Below, one piece after another: positions 8,515-18,593 of a DNA stretch of 41,175 nucleotides. This stretch comes from a virus (taxonomy: Duplodnaviria; Caudoviricetes). The position numbers and the translations under genes are program-made. A model generated the notes under the pieces. That model saw only the letters and a program-made list of their open reading frames with translations. It made no database searches and was not told the origin of the DNA. Location of the stretch: positions 1-41,175 of the IMG/VR virus record IMGVR_UViG_3300020045_012955; one strand, given 5' to 3'. Position 1 is the stretch's first letter. Each line of letters opens with the position of its first letter.

Positions 8515-9966
8515 ATGGCTAACGTACCCATTACATACGGTTCAGGTCAGGCATCCATCGCTGGAGACACAGTGGGTGCTGTAACCTACCAACAAATTAA
8601 GATTGCAGACGGAACAGCAGGAGGAACCACAGGTCTCATTGTGAACGCTGATGGTACCCTGAACGCACGCATCAGTGGTTCTGTTCTCTCCGCAGGAAGC
8701 ACATTCAATGGCTCAGTCTCAGGAACTGTGGGAGCCTCAGTCATCGGCCACGCTCCCGTCTTCATTGTTGGCGGTTCAATTGCAGGGACCTTTACTACAG
8801 CAAACCAATCAGTTTCAGGTACAGTCGGCGCTTCAATAATAGGAACAGTTCCCGTTGTTCAATCAGGAACTGTCATCACCTCAATAGCTGGCACGGCAAA
8901 CGTATCAGGCTCCGTCGCAGCATGGATAAACTCATCTAACTCATCTGTCATCGGAGTACAGCAAGGTTCAGTTGCAGTAGCCATCATCTCAGGCTCTATC
9001 GCTGCCACCTTCACTCCTCCGGCTAACCAGTCAGTCTCTGGCACAGTTCAGACTGATGTACGAGGCTCGGTTGCCGTTGCAATCATTTCCGGTTCAATAG
9101 CGGCAACCTTTTCGCCCCCTGCCAATCAATCAGTGTCGGGGACCGTCGGAGCTTCCGTGATAGGACACGCTCCTGTAGTAATCGTTGGAGGCTCAATAGC
9201 GGCATCGTTCACGCCACCTGCAAACCAGTCGGTTTCAGGAACCGTGAACATTGGCACAGGAGGTCCTGTATCGGTTCTGGGAACAATGTCAGTCATTGGG
9301 ACTGTTCCTGTTACACAAAGTACTAATCCGTGGACTGTTGTCTCTTCTCTCGCAGGGGGCATCTTCCCAATCTCTGGTTCAGTTGCAGCAGTCGTAACAA
9401 ACACAGTTCCAGTTACAGCTGTTGGTTCAGTAATTGCAACAAACATTGGTTCAGTCATCACTGTCTTCCAAGCCCCTTCAATCGTTGGATCATACGCAGA
9501 AGATGCAGCGTTTGCTCAGAACGACAAAGGTCTCTTTGTCCTCGGAGTACGAAATGACAACATGTCATCGGTTACATCTGCTGATCTCGACTACTCTCAG
9601 ATGGCAGTTGGTCCAATAGGTGAGAACATTGTCGCTAACGCTCCAATTACCAAGTGGGTACAGGGGACAGCTGACTTCAGAAACGGTAATGCAGGAGCAT
9701 CCATTATCGCCATTCCCTCAGGAGGCTCGTCAGTGTTCACCTATATCACTGGTGTCCAGGTAGCTAACATGGGGTCAGCAAGTGTACTAGTCACTCTAGC
9801 CTCAGGTGGTTCAATTCTCGGATACACAATAGCTCCCGCAGGAGGTGGTTCAAACATCATCTACCGTAACGCCTTGAAGACGCCTGGAAACTTCGGCTTC
9901 GCCGCTTCATTGAGTGGTATTGCATCAGTTCTCCTATCAGCTCAAGGCTTCACAGCACGTACCTAG
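8515..9966 (+). CDS. Ser/Gly/Val-rich repetitive fibre protein, 483 aa
   Basis: Repeats of (S/G)GSIAATFTPPANQSVSGTV; in the tail module. Confidence 0.7.
   Translation: MANVPITYGSGQASIAGDTVGAVTYQQIKIADGTAGGTTGLIVNADGTLNARISGSVLSAGSTFNGSVSGTVGASVIGHAPVFIVGGSIAGTFTTANQSVSGTVGASIIGTVPVVQSGTVITSIAGTANVSGSVAAWINSSNSSVIGVQQGSVAVAIISGSIAATFTPPANQSVSGTVQTDVRGSVAVAIISGSIAATFSPPANQSVSGTVGASVIGHAPVVIVGGSIAASFTPPANQSVSGTVNIGTGGPVSVLGTMSVIGTVPVTQSTNPWTVVSSLAGGIFPISGSVAAVVTNTVPVTAVGSVIATNIGSVITVFQAPSIVGSYAEDAAFAQNDKGLFVLGVRNDNMSSVTSADLDYSQMAVGPIGENIVANAPITKWVQGTADFRNGNAGASIIAIPSGGSSVFTYITGVQVANMGSASVLVTLASGGSILGYTIAPAGGGSNIIYRNALKTPGNFGFAASLSGIASVLLSAQGFTART
8800..9246 (+). repeat. Four ANQSVSGTV peptide repeats, three at an exact 33-aa period
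   Basis: Copies start at 8800, 9022, 9121 and 9220; synonymous codons differ between copies. Confidence 0.85.
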
Positions 9967-9967
9967 T

Positions 9968-10417
9968 ATGAAAGTACTTAAAGCTCTTATTGAGGTGAAT
10001 CACGAGGGAGGAGGGACAAATTATCTTGGATACCCACAGGTCTGGCTTGATAACAAGGAGTCAATTCCTGCCATCCTCTATCCCGAAAACAGAGATGAAG
10101 AGATAGTCATTGGCGATAAGTTGTTTAAGGTCGTCTTCCCACTAGTCCCAGAAGAGAAAGTAGCAGAATTCCTGGCGGCAGGGCTTGAGTTAGCAGATCC
10201 TATAGAAGTTGAGGCTGCCTCAAATAAACACTGGCCGAAGAGGGAGGTCGTGAATGATCAAGCAAAGCTGAATACGATATTGCTTAAAGTCGCTAGAAAG
10301 GAAACACTCACTCCCCTTGACGAGAAGGCACTTGATCCTAATGACCCTGAATCGGGAGTCATCATGACGAAGAACTTCGTGGAAATAGCTAGAGATTATG
10401 GAGCAGACAATGTTTAA
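9968..10417 (+). CDS. Hypothetical protein (MKVLKALIEV...)
   Basis: ATG 1 nt after the fibre stop; ALDPNDPESGV motif. Confidence 0.65.
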   Translation: MKVLKALIEVNHEGGGTNYLGYPQVWLDNKESIPAILYPENRDEEIVIGDKLFKVVFPLVPEEKVAEFLAAGLELADPIEVEAASNKHWPKREVVNDQAKLNTILLKVARKETLTPLDEKALDPNDPESGVIMTKNFVEIARDYGADNV

Positions 10418-11015
10418 GCCGAAGGTGCTTGTCACAATCATCCAGCAGGGCTGGGTGAGGACTGAATTGCTACCGAAACTTTTAGAGATGTCGAAAGATC
10501 CGAGGATAACGATTTCGACGCTCTTTATTAACAAGAGACCCTACGAAGATGCTCTCAATACAGCTCTGAAAGAGGCACGCGAAGGTTCATTTGATTTCTT
10601 AATCTCTTTCGACCATGACAATGTTCCGACGAGGAACCCAATTGACCTTATTTTCATAGGAAAAGATGTTATTGGGATGCCTTATCCTACCTATCGTCTA
10701 AATGGGGATGGCTCAATTGAGATGGCTCTCCTCGCAATGAATAAGCAAGCAAATGGTGAATATCTTGATCATAAAGTGCGGGATGGTTTGCAGGAAGTGG
10801 ATGCGGTAGCGAGTGGTGCTTTGGTAATAAGTAAGAAGGTCATCGACTCTGGTGTCCACTTTGCACGGAAGTGGGGGGAAGATGGATTCTCGAAGACAGG
10901 TATCGACTTTCATTTCTGTGAGAAAACAAAAGAAAACGGTTTCCACATCTTTTCCCATTTTGGTTTTCCTGCGTCACATTATAAGGAACTTGATCTCTTG
11001 AGCATGATGAAGTGA
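10410..11015 (+). CDS. GT-A fold (GT2-like) glycosyltransferase inside the structural module
   Basis: FLISFDHD DxD motif, EVDAVASGALVI, GIDFHFC, terminal His motif. Confidence 0.7.
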   Translation: MFKPKVLVTIIQQGWVRTELLPKLLEMSKDPRITISTLFINKRPYEDALNTALKEAREGSFDFLISFDHDNVPTRNPIDLIFIGKDVIGMPYPTYRLNGDGSIEMALLAMNKQANGEYLDHKVRDGLQEVDAVASGALVISKKVIDSGVHFARKWGEDGFSKTGIDFHFCEKTKENGFHIFSHFGFPASHYKELDLLSMMK

Positions 11016-11016
11016 T

Positions 11017-11706
11017 ATGGCTAACTACCTTCTTGCTGTTGATAATGTGACGAAAGCCTGGCAATTTCTCGGTTTTTCTTCTACCGTTAACGCCAGTTTT
11101 GCAAATGCTGAGATAAAAGGGATTGCATGGCTCGAGCCAGATGTTTATTACGGTTCGACGACTGGTCCTTCTTACAAGAAGGGAACGGGGTTTTCAGCAA
11201 CGGTTCAATCGAGCTTCTCCTATGCTTCTGCGGCCGATGGAATGGCTTTTGATTCAAGTGGAAATCTCTCAATTTCCGTGTTTGGAGATGCGAATATGAA
11301 GAGGTTTTCAGGGTTTAGCTCAACAATTACTGCTTCCTTTTCTATCGGCACAGCGCCTCGTGGAATCACTAGTGATGGAACGAATGCGTACACGGGGTCA
11401 GATGTTGTTGATGGTCCTAATAAATATAGGAAGCAGTCTGGATTTACTTCAACTGTTACTTCTTCTTTTGTTGCTGGAGCGAATGTAAGTCGTGACTGTG
11501 CGTGGGATGGGACCAATTTCATTGGTTCAGGAAACAATGCAGGAACTGGTCTATTAAAGCTCTATACAGGATTTACCTCAACTGTCTCTTCTTCTTTCAC
11601 GAAGGCTGTAACGAGCGATTTAATCGGTATTGATTGGCAAATCGGAGCAGAAGGAGGTGGCACAGTACGAGATGCACGTAAATTAACTCTGTTAGGAGTT
11701 GGATGA
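11017..11706 (+). CDS. Five-repeat probable beta-propeller virion protein
   Basis: Five roughly 40-aa repeats containing GF(S/T)(S/A)T(V/I)x(A/S)SF with WDG/FDS turns; ends in LTLLGVG. Confidence 0.65.
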   Translation: MANYLLAVDNVTKAWQFLGFSSTVNASFANAEIKGIAWLEPDVYYGSTTGPSYKKGTGFSATVQSSFSYASAADGMAFDSSGNLSISVFGDANMKRFSGFSSTITASFSIGTAPRGITSDGTNAYTGSDVVDGPNKYRKQSGFTSTVTSSFVAGANVSRDCAWDGTNFIGSGNNAGTGLLKLYTGFTSTVSSSFTKAVTSDLIGIDWQIGAEGGGTVRDARKLTLLGVG

Positions 11707-11709
11707 TAT

Positions 11710-13344
11710 ATGGCAAAACCTGAGACAATCGTAATAACAAACTTCGGAGGACGACTCACCCGTTACAAGAACGGTGCTTTGAATAGTGGGATGGCAAAGT
11801 TTGATACTTCTTTTGGCTACGACCCTTTCTCAAAGCCAGGAAACCTTACCTGGCTCAACCAACCAGATGACATCAAAGGAAGCACGATTACTGATGCAGT
11901 CCTTGCAGGGAAGATTATCTCCCCATCAACGAATGAACAGTATGTCTATGCCATTGGGAATACTGGGAGACTCTACAAGGTAGACCCTACCAACTCATCC
12001 TCGACGAACATTCCTCTTTTTGATTCTCCGAGCCTCATAGCAGGACTCAACAATACCCTCGCAGGAGGCCAGACATCTGTCGCAGGTAACTTCAACTATG
12101 GTGCTGATATCGACTACTACAATTCAAAGCTCCACATTACATCAGACTCGACAATCATTCGCTGTAACATAGATGGGTCATCAATTGGGAGTGTAACGGG
12201 AGCTAACTCTGTCCAGTCAACTCGTTATCACCCGATGGTGCAGTTCCTCGGGAGTCTCTATATTGGTAACGGGACCAATCTACTCAAGATTGATACCACT
12301 GGACTCGTCGTGAGTGCAGCTGTTCTCTCCCCTGCTCTCCCTTCCGGCATGGAAATCTCTGACCTCGATGTGACGCCTGACGGTGTGTACATGATAATCA
12401 CTGCTTCGTACCTATACCCGAATGCAATCGGAACACCAACAACTTCAGCGCGTGGTCAGCCCTACGCTGTGGATTCATACAAGTTCTACTGGAACGGTAC
12501 CGATGCAGGAATCACCGCTTTTGAAGCACTTCCCTCATTCCCTGCAACAGCGCTGAACACTTTCCTCGATAAGAACTTCACGTTCAACCAAGATGCCTTT
12601 GGTACGGCAATCTACGAAGGTCCTCAGAAGCTCTTGTCCTTGCCTAATAACTTGTCCCCAATGCCGAATGCCGCAGCTCCGAACGGTACGTTCCTTACGT
12701 GGGCATCAACTGAAGGGACTGGCACTGTCACATCAGCTGACACGAGCTACGACAACACCTTCACGTCCTTGTACTACTACGGGAGACTCGATGCAGAGAA
12801 TCCACCAGGCTTGTGGCGACTCTTGCGCATCACACCTACGTCAAATGTAGCCTATCGTGCCCCTGTGAACATGATGGTCAACAACTTCACCATGTCACGT
12901 CAGTTCGTGGCAGGATGGGGTAAGCACTACATCTCCGCTTGGGAAGTGAACACGGATGGCGATACGAACACGTTTCACTTCTACCGCTTCACACTCCCGC
13001 CTACAGCGAACACTTCCCCTGTCCTCGGCGTGTACGAGACACAGACACAGCTCTTCTCAAAGCGTATCCACGTTGACCAGGTCCGTGTGTACACCGAAGG
13101 AACTGCTGCGAACAATGGATTCCGTATCGACCTCATCGGAGCTGATGGGAATAGCAATTACAACAGTACCTATTCGTACGTCGCAGGTACTGATGAGACA
13201 AAGCTCCAAGGGTCACTAGAACGAATCAACTTCAACCCTGATATTGAATCAGGCTATGCAGTAGGGTTGAGAATCACGAACACGGGTACGGCTAACATGA
13301 CTATTCCAAAGATTGAGATTGATATCTCAAGTGAAGGACGCTGA
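11710..13344 (+). CDS. Tail stabilisation / tail tubular protein B-like, 544 aa
   Basis: N-terminal ITNFGG motif, beta-propeller-like body, C-terminal YETQ...LRI; typical podovirus position. Confidence 0.6.
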   Translation: MAKPETIVITNFGGRLTRYKNGALNSGMAKFDTSFGYDPFSKPGNLTWLNQPDDIKGSTITDAVLAGKIISPSTNEQYVYAIGNTGRLYKVDPTNSSSTNIPLFDSPSLIAGLNNTLAGGQTSVAGNFNYGADIDYYNSKLHITSDSTIIRCNIDGSSIGSVTGANSVQSTRYHPMVQFLGSLYIGNGTNLLKIDTTGLVVSAAVLSPALPSGMEISDLDVTPDGVYMIITASYLYPNAIGTPTTSARGQPYAVDSYKFYWNGTDAGITAFEALPSFPATALNTFLDKNFTFNQDAFGTAIYEGPQKLLSLPNNLSPMPNAAAPNGTFLTWASTEGTGTVTSADTSYDNTFTSLYYYGRLDAENPPGLWRLLRITPTSNVAYRAPVNMMVNNFTMSRQFVAGWGKHYISAWEVNTDGDTNTFHFYRFTLPPTANTSPVLGVYETQTQLFSKRIHVDQVRVYTEGTAANNGFRIDLIGADGNSNYNSTYSYVAGTDETKLQGSLERINFNPDIESGYAVGLRITNTGTANMTIPKIEIDISSEGR

Positions 13345-13345
13345 T

Positions 13346-14605
13346 ATGGACGAAAACGAAAAGAAAGAGATTCAAAAGATGATAGATGAGGCGGTTGAAC
13401 GCTACGCTGCGTACACGACTCGTAAGGTTGGTGATACTCCAACTGACGCTATTCAGTTAGCGAATAAACGATACGTCGATAATCAGGTAGGAGGTGTTGA
13501 TACCGCGACGAACTTTGGTGGTAACGGCTCCGATGGAGCACTCTCAGCAGGAGGAACCATAAATCTTGGCTCTGCCTCGTACGTTGTGAAGAACTACACG
13601 ACAATCGATATTGCTGTAGGACAGACCGTTGAATTTTCTAATCCAAACAGTGCAGGAACAGTCGTCATTTTCAAAGCAACAGGCGATGTGAATATCGGAG
13701 GAGTCATTGATTTACAAGGAGATGGGGCAATCTTCGGCTCAGGTGGGGGCGTAGCATCAAGTGGCTCTGCTGGGTCAGGCTCTCCCGGCAATGCAGGTAC
13801 CGAGATAAATACTGACATCATTCTCTTCCAAGGGTCAGTCGCAGGGCGCGGAGGTCCAGGAGGACATCAAAGTGTTGGAGGGACTTTAGCAGGAGGAGCA
13901 GCAGGGACAACGCCACCTAATCGAGTCTTCTATACATTCACCTCATCGACTGATTCAGGGAAGATTGATGGGAGGAGAGGTATCTACATTTGCTGTGGTG
14001 CAGGAGGAGCCGGAGGTGGAGGTGGTGGGGATAACAACTCTGGCGATACAGGAAACACAGCTGGCACAGGAGCATCAGGTGGGAGAGGAGGAGGCGCTCT
14101 CTTGATTGAATGTGCAGGTACTCTTACATTTACAGGTAGCATTGTAGCTTCAGGACTTGATGGAAGTCAGGGAAATCAACCAGTTGCAGGTTCACCTCCA
14201 CCCGATGAAGGGACGTACGCATGCGGAGGCGGTGGGGGCGGTGGCGCAGCAGGTATGGTTGTAATTCTTGCGAAGGATATTGCTGACCAATCAGGCACAA
14301 TTACCACGGCAGGTGGTGCAGGTGGAGCGGGGGGCAGCTCGAATCTTGGTACGAATAACCTATCTTGTGATCCTGGTGGCGGTGGTGGTGGAGGTGGGGC
14401 AGCCTCATTCGTTGCAGCAGGTGGTGCGGGAGGCGCTCCCGGTGATGCGGATCAAAATGGTTCAAATGGTTCAGCGGCAGCAGGTACTGGCGCAGGAGGT
14501 GGAGGTGGTGGTGGCGCAGGATGCAGAAGAACGGGGACAAAGACAGGAGGATCAGGTGGTGCTGGAGGTTCCTCCTATGGCGGCTTGATAATAGAAGTGG
14601 GATAA
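13346..14605 (+). CDS. Glycine-rich tail fibre/spike protein
   Basis: ANKRYVD motif, FGGNGSDG, extensive GGxGG repeats; ATG at 13346. Confidence 0.7.
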   Translation: MDENEKKEIQKMIDEAVERYAAYTTRKVGDTPTDAIQLANKRYVDNQVGGVDTATNFGGNGSDGALSAGGTINLGSASYVVKNYTTIDIAVGQTVEFSNPNSAGTVVIFKATGDVNIGGVIDLQGDGAIFGSGGGVASSGSAGSGSPGNAGTEINTDIILFQGSVAGRGGPGGHQSVGGTLAGGAAGTTPPNRVFYTFTSSTDSGKIDGRRGIYICCGAGGAGGGGGGDNNSGDTGNTAGTGASGGRGGGALLIECAGTLTFTGSIVASGLDGSQGNQPVAGSPPPDEGTYACGGGGGGGAAGMVVILAKDIADQSGTITTAGGAGGAGGSSNLGTNNLSCDPGGGGGGGGAASFVAAGGAGGAPGDADQNGSNGSAAAGTGAGGGGGGGAGCRRTGTKTGGSGGAGGSSYGGLIIEVG

Positions 14606-14616
14606 TAATCTAAAAT

Positions 14617-16488
14617 ATGGCAACAGCTCAGGGAACTTATAAAGGACAAACAATCTACGCAGGAGATGATGCGTACATTTCTTCACAGATGAAGGCAATT
14701 GACAGTGCCTCGACTCCAACCGCACCTGCGCCGACAATGGCTCCAACGACAGCATCTTCTCCAAGTTCCTTCACGCTCACCCCACAAGCGCAGCAAGGTC
14801 TCTCCTACGTTCAGAAGACTAATCCACAGCTGGCTCAACAGATTCAAGGTGCTACTACTCCACAGGCGCAACCAGTCCAGCAACCAACACAGACCACACA
14901 ACCTTCAGCTCAGACAACGACGCAACAGGTAGCAACAACTGCTCAGCAACCAACAAATGCTCCTCAATCAAACCTCCAGCCAGGAGCACAAGGTCAACAA
15001 GTGAATGAACTCCAGTCCATGCTTCAGACGCTTGGCTACCTCACTCCTCAGCAGATTGCAACAGGTCCTGGTATTTACGGTCCCGCTACTACGGCAGCAG
15101 TCGCTAAACTCCAAAAGGACCTCGGTGTCCAGACAGGAGGGAATGAAGGCTTCTATGGTCCAAAGACACGAGAAGCACTGAAGAATAAATACCGTGATGC
15201 GTTCGGGCAGCTCTCTGGTACCGCAGTCCCCGATAGCCAAGGTGCAGCACGTGGCGCTATTGATGGCTTCCTCGATGGGCAACCAGGGAATGAGGATAAG
15301 CAACGAGCCTACTTTGAGGAGCTGTTCAACATGAATCCCGTCGAGTCTGCAATCTTCCAGCAGCTCGGCGACCTTTTCAATCCTGAAACACAGAAGCAGT
15401 CTCTCGTTGAAATGATGGGTCAAATGACCAAGGAGGAAGGAGTCCTCGACCTCAAACTGGAGTTGGCAGACATGAAGAAGATAATGGACGGTACCGAGGA
15501 TGACATTCGAGAAGAAGTGACCAAGGCAGGTGGCTTTGCAACAGAGAGTCAGGTAAAAGCTCTCTCAGGCGCACGTAACAAAGTCCTCCTCCGGGAAGCG
15601 CAATACCTTTCAGATGTGATTCAAGCAAAGGAAGCTTACATAGATAAGATCGTGAATCTCACTCAAGCAGACCGAGAACAATTGGATAGGGATATGGATA
15701 AGAAACTCGGGATTGGAAAGATGATATTCGACATGACTCAAACCTTGCAGAAGAATGCAAAGGATAATCTCCAATCCATTGTGAAAGACATGGGCTACGA
15801 TTCTCTGGTCGATTCGATTTCTTCTCAGAAAGAGCTTGAGACAGTAGCCAAGACCCTTGGGGTAACCCCGCAAATGTTGTTGTATCTCGGCTCACAAAAG
15901 ACAAGTGCTCAACGTTCACAACAACTTGATGAGATGAATTTCCAGCTCTCTGTGGATAAATTCAACGAGGATAAGAGACAGTTTGGGCTTAAATATGCTC
16001 TCGACCAGCAAGAGGCAAATTCAAAGTTTGCTGCTAACACGATAATTTCGCCCTACCAAGCTGAGAGGACTACTCGAAATATCGCCACAATTGACTCCCT
16101 GCTCCCAAAGATAGGAGTAGCGACAGTCGGAGCTGGGTCTTACCTCTCTTATGTAGCAGGGACGACAGCACGAGATTTTGATGCAGAGGTAGCTGCTCTA
16201 AAAGCTAATATCGCCTTTAGCGAACTGACAGCGATGCGAGAGGCTTCAAAAACAGGTGGGGCGCTAGGAGCGATTTCGGATAGGGAATTGACTCTATTGC
16301 AATCCTCCCTAGGAGCACTTGATACTGGGCAGAGTCCAGCAGCTTTCAAGAAGTCATTAGAGACAGTCAAGAATAATATCTATCGTTGGAATGCTCAAGT
16401 TCTATCGGTCGGTAACGGCTATGATTATGATGAGGCAAAGAAAGAGGGATATACAGATGAGGAAATCTTTAATTTCTTAAACAAATAG
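14617..16488 (+). CDS. Internal virion (ejection) protein with a peptidoglycan-binding domain
   Basis: PG_binding_1-like LQPGAQGQQVNELQSMLQTLGY...GIYGPATTAAVAKLQ...GFYGPKT; Q/T-rich linker; C-terminal ALGAISDRELTLL. Confidence 0.7.
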   Translation: MATAQGTYKGQTIYAGDDAYISSQMKAIDSASTPTAPAPTMAPTTASSPSSFTLTPQAQQGLSYVQKTNPQLAQQIQGATTPQAQPVQQPTQTTQPSAQTTTQQVATTAQQPTNAPQSNLQPGAQGQQVNELQSMLQTLGYLTPQQIATGPGIYGPATTAAVAKLQKDLGVQTGGNEGFYGPKTREALKNKYRDAFGQLSGTAVPDSQGAARGAIDGFLDGQPGNEDKQRAYFEELFNMNPVESAIFQQLGDLFNPETQKQSLVEMMGQMTKEEGVLDLKLELADMKKIMDGTEDDIREEVTKAGGFATESQVKALSGARNKVLLREAQYLSDVIQAKEAYIDKIVNLTQADREQLDRDMDKKLGIGKMIFDMTQTLQKNAKDNLQSIVKDMGYDSLVDSISSQKELETVAKTLGVTPQMLLYLGSQKTSAQRSQQLDEMNFQLSVDKFNEDKRQFGLKYALDQQEANSKFAANTIISPYQAERTTRNIATIDSLLPKIGVATVGAGSYLSYVAGTTARDFDAEVAALKANIAFSELTAMREASKTGGALGAISDRELTLLQSSLGALDTGQSPAAFKKSLETVKNNIYRWNAQVLSVGNGYDYDEAKKEGYTDEEIFNFLNK

Positions 16489-16490
16489 AT

Positions 16491-17897
16491 ATGGCTGAAA
16501 GAAAACCACTTGATGCTTTCTTCAAAACTCCTTCCGAAACAAACCGGAGCTTCCCTCCACTTAATCCTTCGCGTGGAGTAAGTCGAGAGACTCCTGTGGC
16601 TGAAACTGTGGTAGAAGCCGAAGAGAAAAAGAAGGGTTTCCTTGAGAGAGCAATGGATGTCGGAAAGAAAGTCACTGATACATTAGGACTAAGCGGCACT
16701 GCTGATACCTTAGGGACTAACATCGCAAATATAAAGAATGTCTTGAACCCAAAGACTTCTCTAGAAGAGAAAGTACAGATGTCAAAGGACTTGCCACAGA
16801 CAACTCTGAAACAGAACATAGGTGCTGGATTCCAATTAGGTTCCATGCTGAATCCCGTTGGTGGAGAGGCAGGGCTGTTGAAAACAGCAGTTATAGGAGC
16901 GGGAGGAGGGGCTGCAATAATGGGGGGGGGTGCAGCAACTGAGGGAAAGGAAACAAATGAAATTCTCTCAGAGGCTAAGAGCGGTGCAAAAATCGGAGGT
17001 ATTCTTGGTACTGCTGGAAAAGCCCTTGGTTCAGTGGGAAAAGTTCTCTACAAATCAATAATCCCTCGCGGCACTCGTGAGGCACAGCTCTTGCAAGCAT
17101 ACAAAGCGAATACTCCTCTCTTGGAGAGGATAAGGCTTGCAGCGACTGGTGCTAGTAAATCACCAATTACGGTGGGAGAGACAGCCTTTAACAAAGGACT
17201 TCTTGGTACGGAGTCGATGCTCGGAGTACAAGCAAAACAAGCAAAAAATACTTTGTGGAATGATTTGGTTCAGCCAGCGCTTACAAAAGCTGATAAGCAA
17301 GTTGAAATGAAAGGGTTTTTCGATGCAGTCGAAGATAAGATCGTAAGCCAGAATCCTGATTTCACTCGTCGGGCTGCTCTTTTGGAAGCACTACAAGCGC
17401 TGCGGGATGATTTCGCCAACTTTAGAGTTGCTGACTTGTCTCAACTACAGAAATTCAAAGAGGGGTGGGCGAAGTTTATTCCTGATAAAGCCTATAAAGG
17501 AAAGCCAATCGGAGCTGCCTTCAAGGAAGTTCAGGACGCTGCTGCCGATGAAGCGCGAGATACTATTTACACCGTCCTTGGCCCCGAAGTAAAGAGGGCA
17601 TATCTTGATTATGGAAATCTCCTCGCTATTGAGGAATTGGGAGTGAAGGCAATGACTGGTGGGAAGTTGAAAGGAGGAGCTGGATCATTCCTTAGCGGAA
17701 TTTACGAAATGGCTTTGACACCAGTTGCAACAATAGGCGGGAAAGTAATCTATAAAACTGGTGAAGGTATAACATTGGTTGGGCCACCTGGCGTAGGGAC
17801 ACTGGGTCAATTACTAGAGACACCTGACTCCGAAGAAGACCAGCAAGAGACCCCACCACCCACAGGACGGCGACCAATAGAAGAATTCCAATTATGA
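16491..17897 (+). CDS. Internal virion (ejection) protein, 468 aa
   Basis: Helical, with G/A-rich hydrophobic segments; follows the other ejection protein. Confidence 0.6.
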   Translation: MAERKPLDAFFKTPSETNRSFPPLNPSRGVSRETPVAETVVEAEEKKKGFLERAMDVGKKVTDTLGLSGTADTLGTNIANIKNVLNPKTSLEEKVQMSKDLPQTTLKQNIGAGFQLGSMLNPVGGEAGLLKTAVIGAGGGAAIMGGGAATEGKETNEILSEAKSGAKIGGILGTAGKALGSVGKVLYKSIIPRGTREAQLLQAYKANTPLLERIRLAATGASKSPITVGETAFNKGLLGTESMLGVQAKQAKNTLWNDLVQPALTKADKQVEMKGFFDAVEDKIVSQNPDFTRRAALLEALQALRDDFANFRVADLSQLQKFKEGWAKFIPDKAYKGKPIGAAFKEVQDAAADEARDTIYTVLGPEVKRAYLDYGNLLAIEELGVKAMTGGKLKGGAGSFLSGIYEMALTPVATIGGKVIYKTGEGITLVGPPGVGTLGQLLETPDSEEDQQETPPPTGRRPIEEFQL

Positions 17898-17905
17898 GTG
17901 ACATA

Positions 17906-18586
17906 TCAAGTGTAATTTCCTTTTCTTGTCGGTGTAAAGACAGCCAGGTGAGGCTCCCAGTGCATTTTCACTATTCTCTGGTAGAGAGTCGCATCCTTAA
18001 TACCACTCACATCAGACCACTCTTGAAGGCTCTTTCTCACTCCATTTATCGTCAAGAAAATCGTTCGACGAGTGTTGCAAGATTGTTCTCTCATGGTAGC
18101 CCATCTACAATTATCTCTGCAATAATGACCATTATTATTGATACGATCAATCGTTGTGTCTCTTTCTCCAAATCTGCTGATGTGACTCGAATAAGTATCG
18201 TACATATCACTTCTAAAATCCTCGAAAGTCTTCCACAAACACTTTATTCCGCGTCCACCATAATCCTTGTAAGCTGGGTGTTTCGGATTTGTGCATCGTT
18301 GAACAATACCCTTGTAGGTAGTGTAAAATCTCTTCTTCGACATGCCATGGGTAGAATTTTTCGACTCATATTTGAGGCAACCGCAAGATTTTGTCCAACC
18401 GCTACTCAATTTTCCTCCATCAACCAGGCACCTTTTACCACAATCACAAACGCATTTATAAGAGAAGCGTCCCCACTTATTTTTATTCCTTTCTTCAGCT
18501 ACCAATTTACCAAAACGCTGACCAGTGAAATCCTTAGCATTCTCAGCTTTCCTGCCATTGATGAATTGTCCTTTAACGTTTCTCAT
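17906..18586 (-). CDS. HNH-type homing endonuclease
   Basis: DFTGQRFGKL, CVCDCG, KSCGC, YGGRGIK, TIDRINNNGHYCRDNCRWAT; start set at ATG 18586 from promoter geometry. Confidence 0.85.
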   Translation of the reverse strand: MRNVKGQFINGRKAENAKDFTGQRFGKLVAEERNKNKWGRFSYKCVCDCGKRCLVDGGKLSSGWTKSCGCLKYESKNSTHGMSKKRFYTTYKGIVQRCTNPKHPAYKDYGGRGIKCLWKTFEDFRSDMYDTYSSHISRFGERDTTIDRINNNGHYCRDNCRWATMREQSCNTRRTIFLTINGVRKSLQEWSDVSGIKDATLYQRIVKMHWEPHLAVFTPTRKGNYT

Positions 18587-18593
18587 ACTATCC

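Noticed and set aside
13700-14600. GGN-rich low-complexity DNA
   Set aside because: Explained by the glycine-rich fibre protein.
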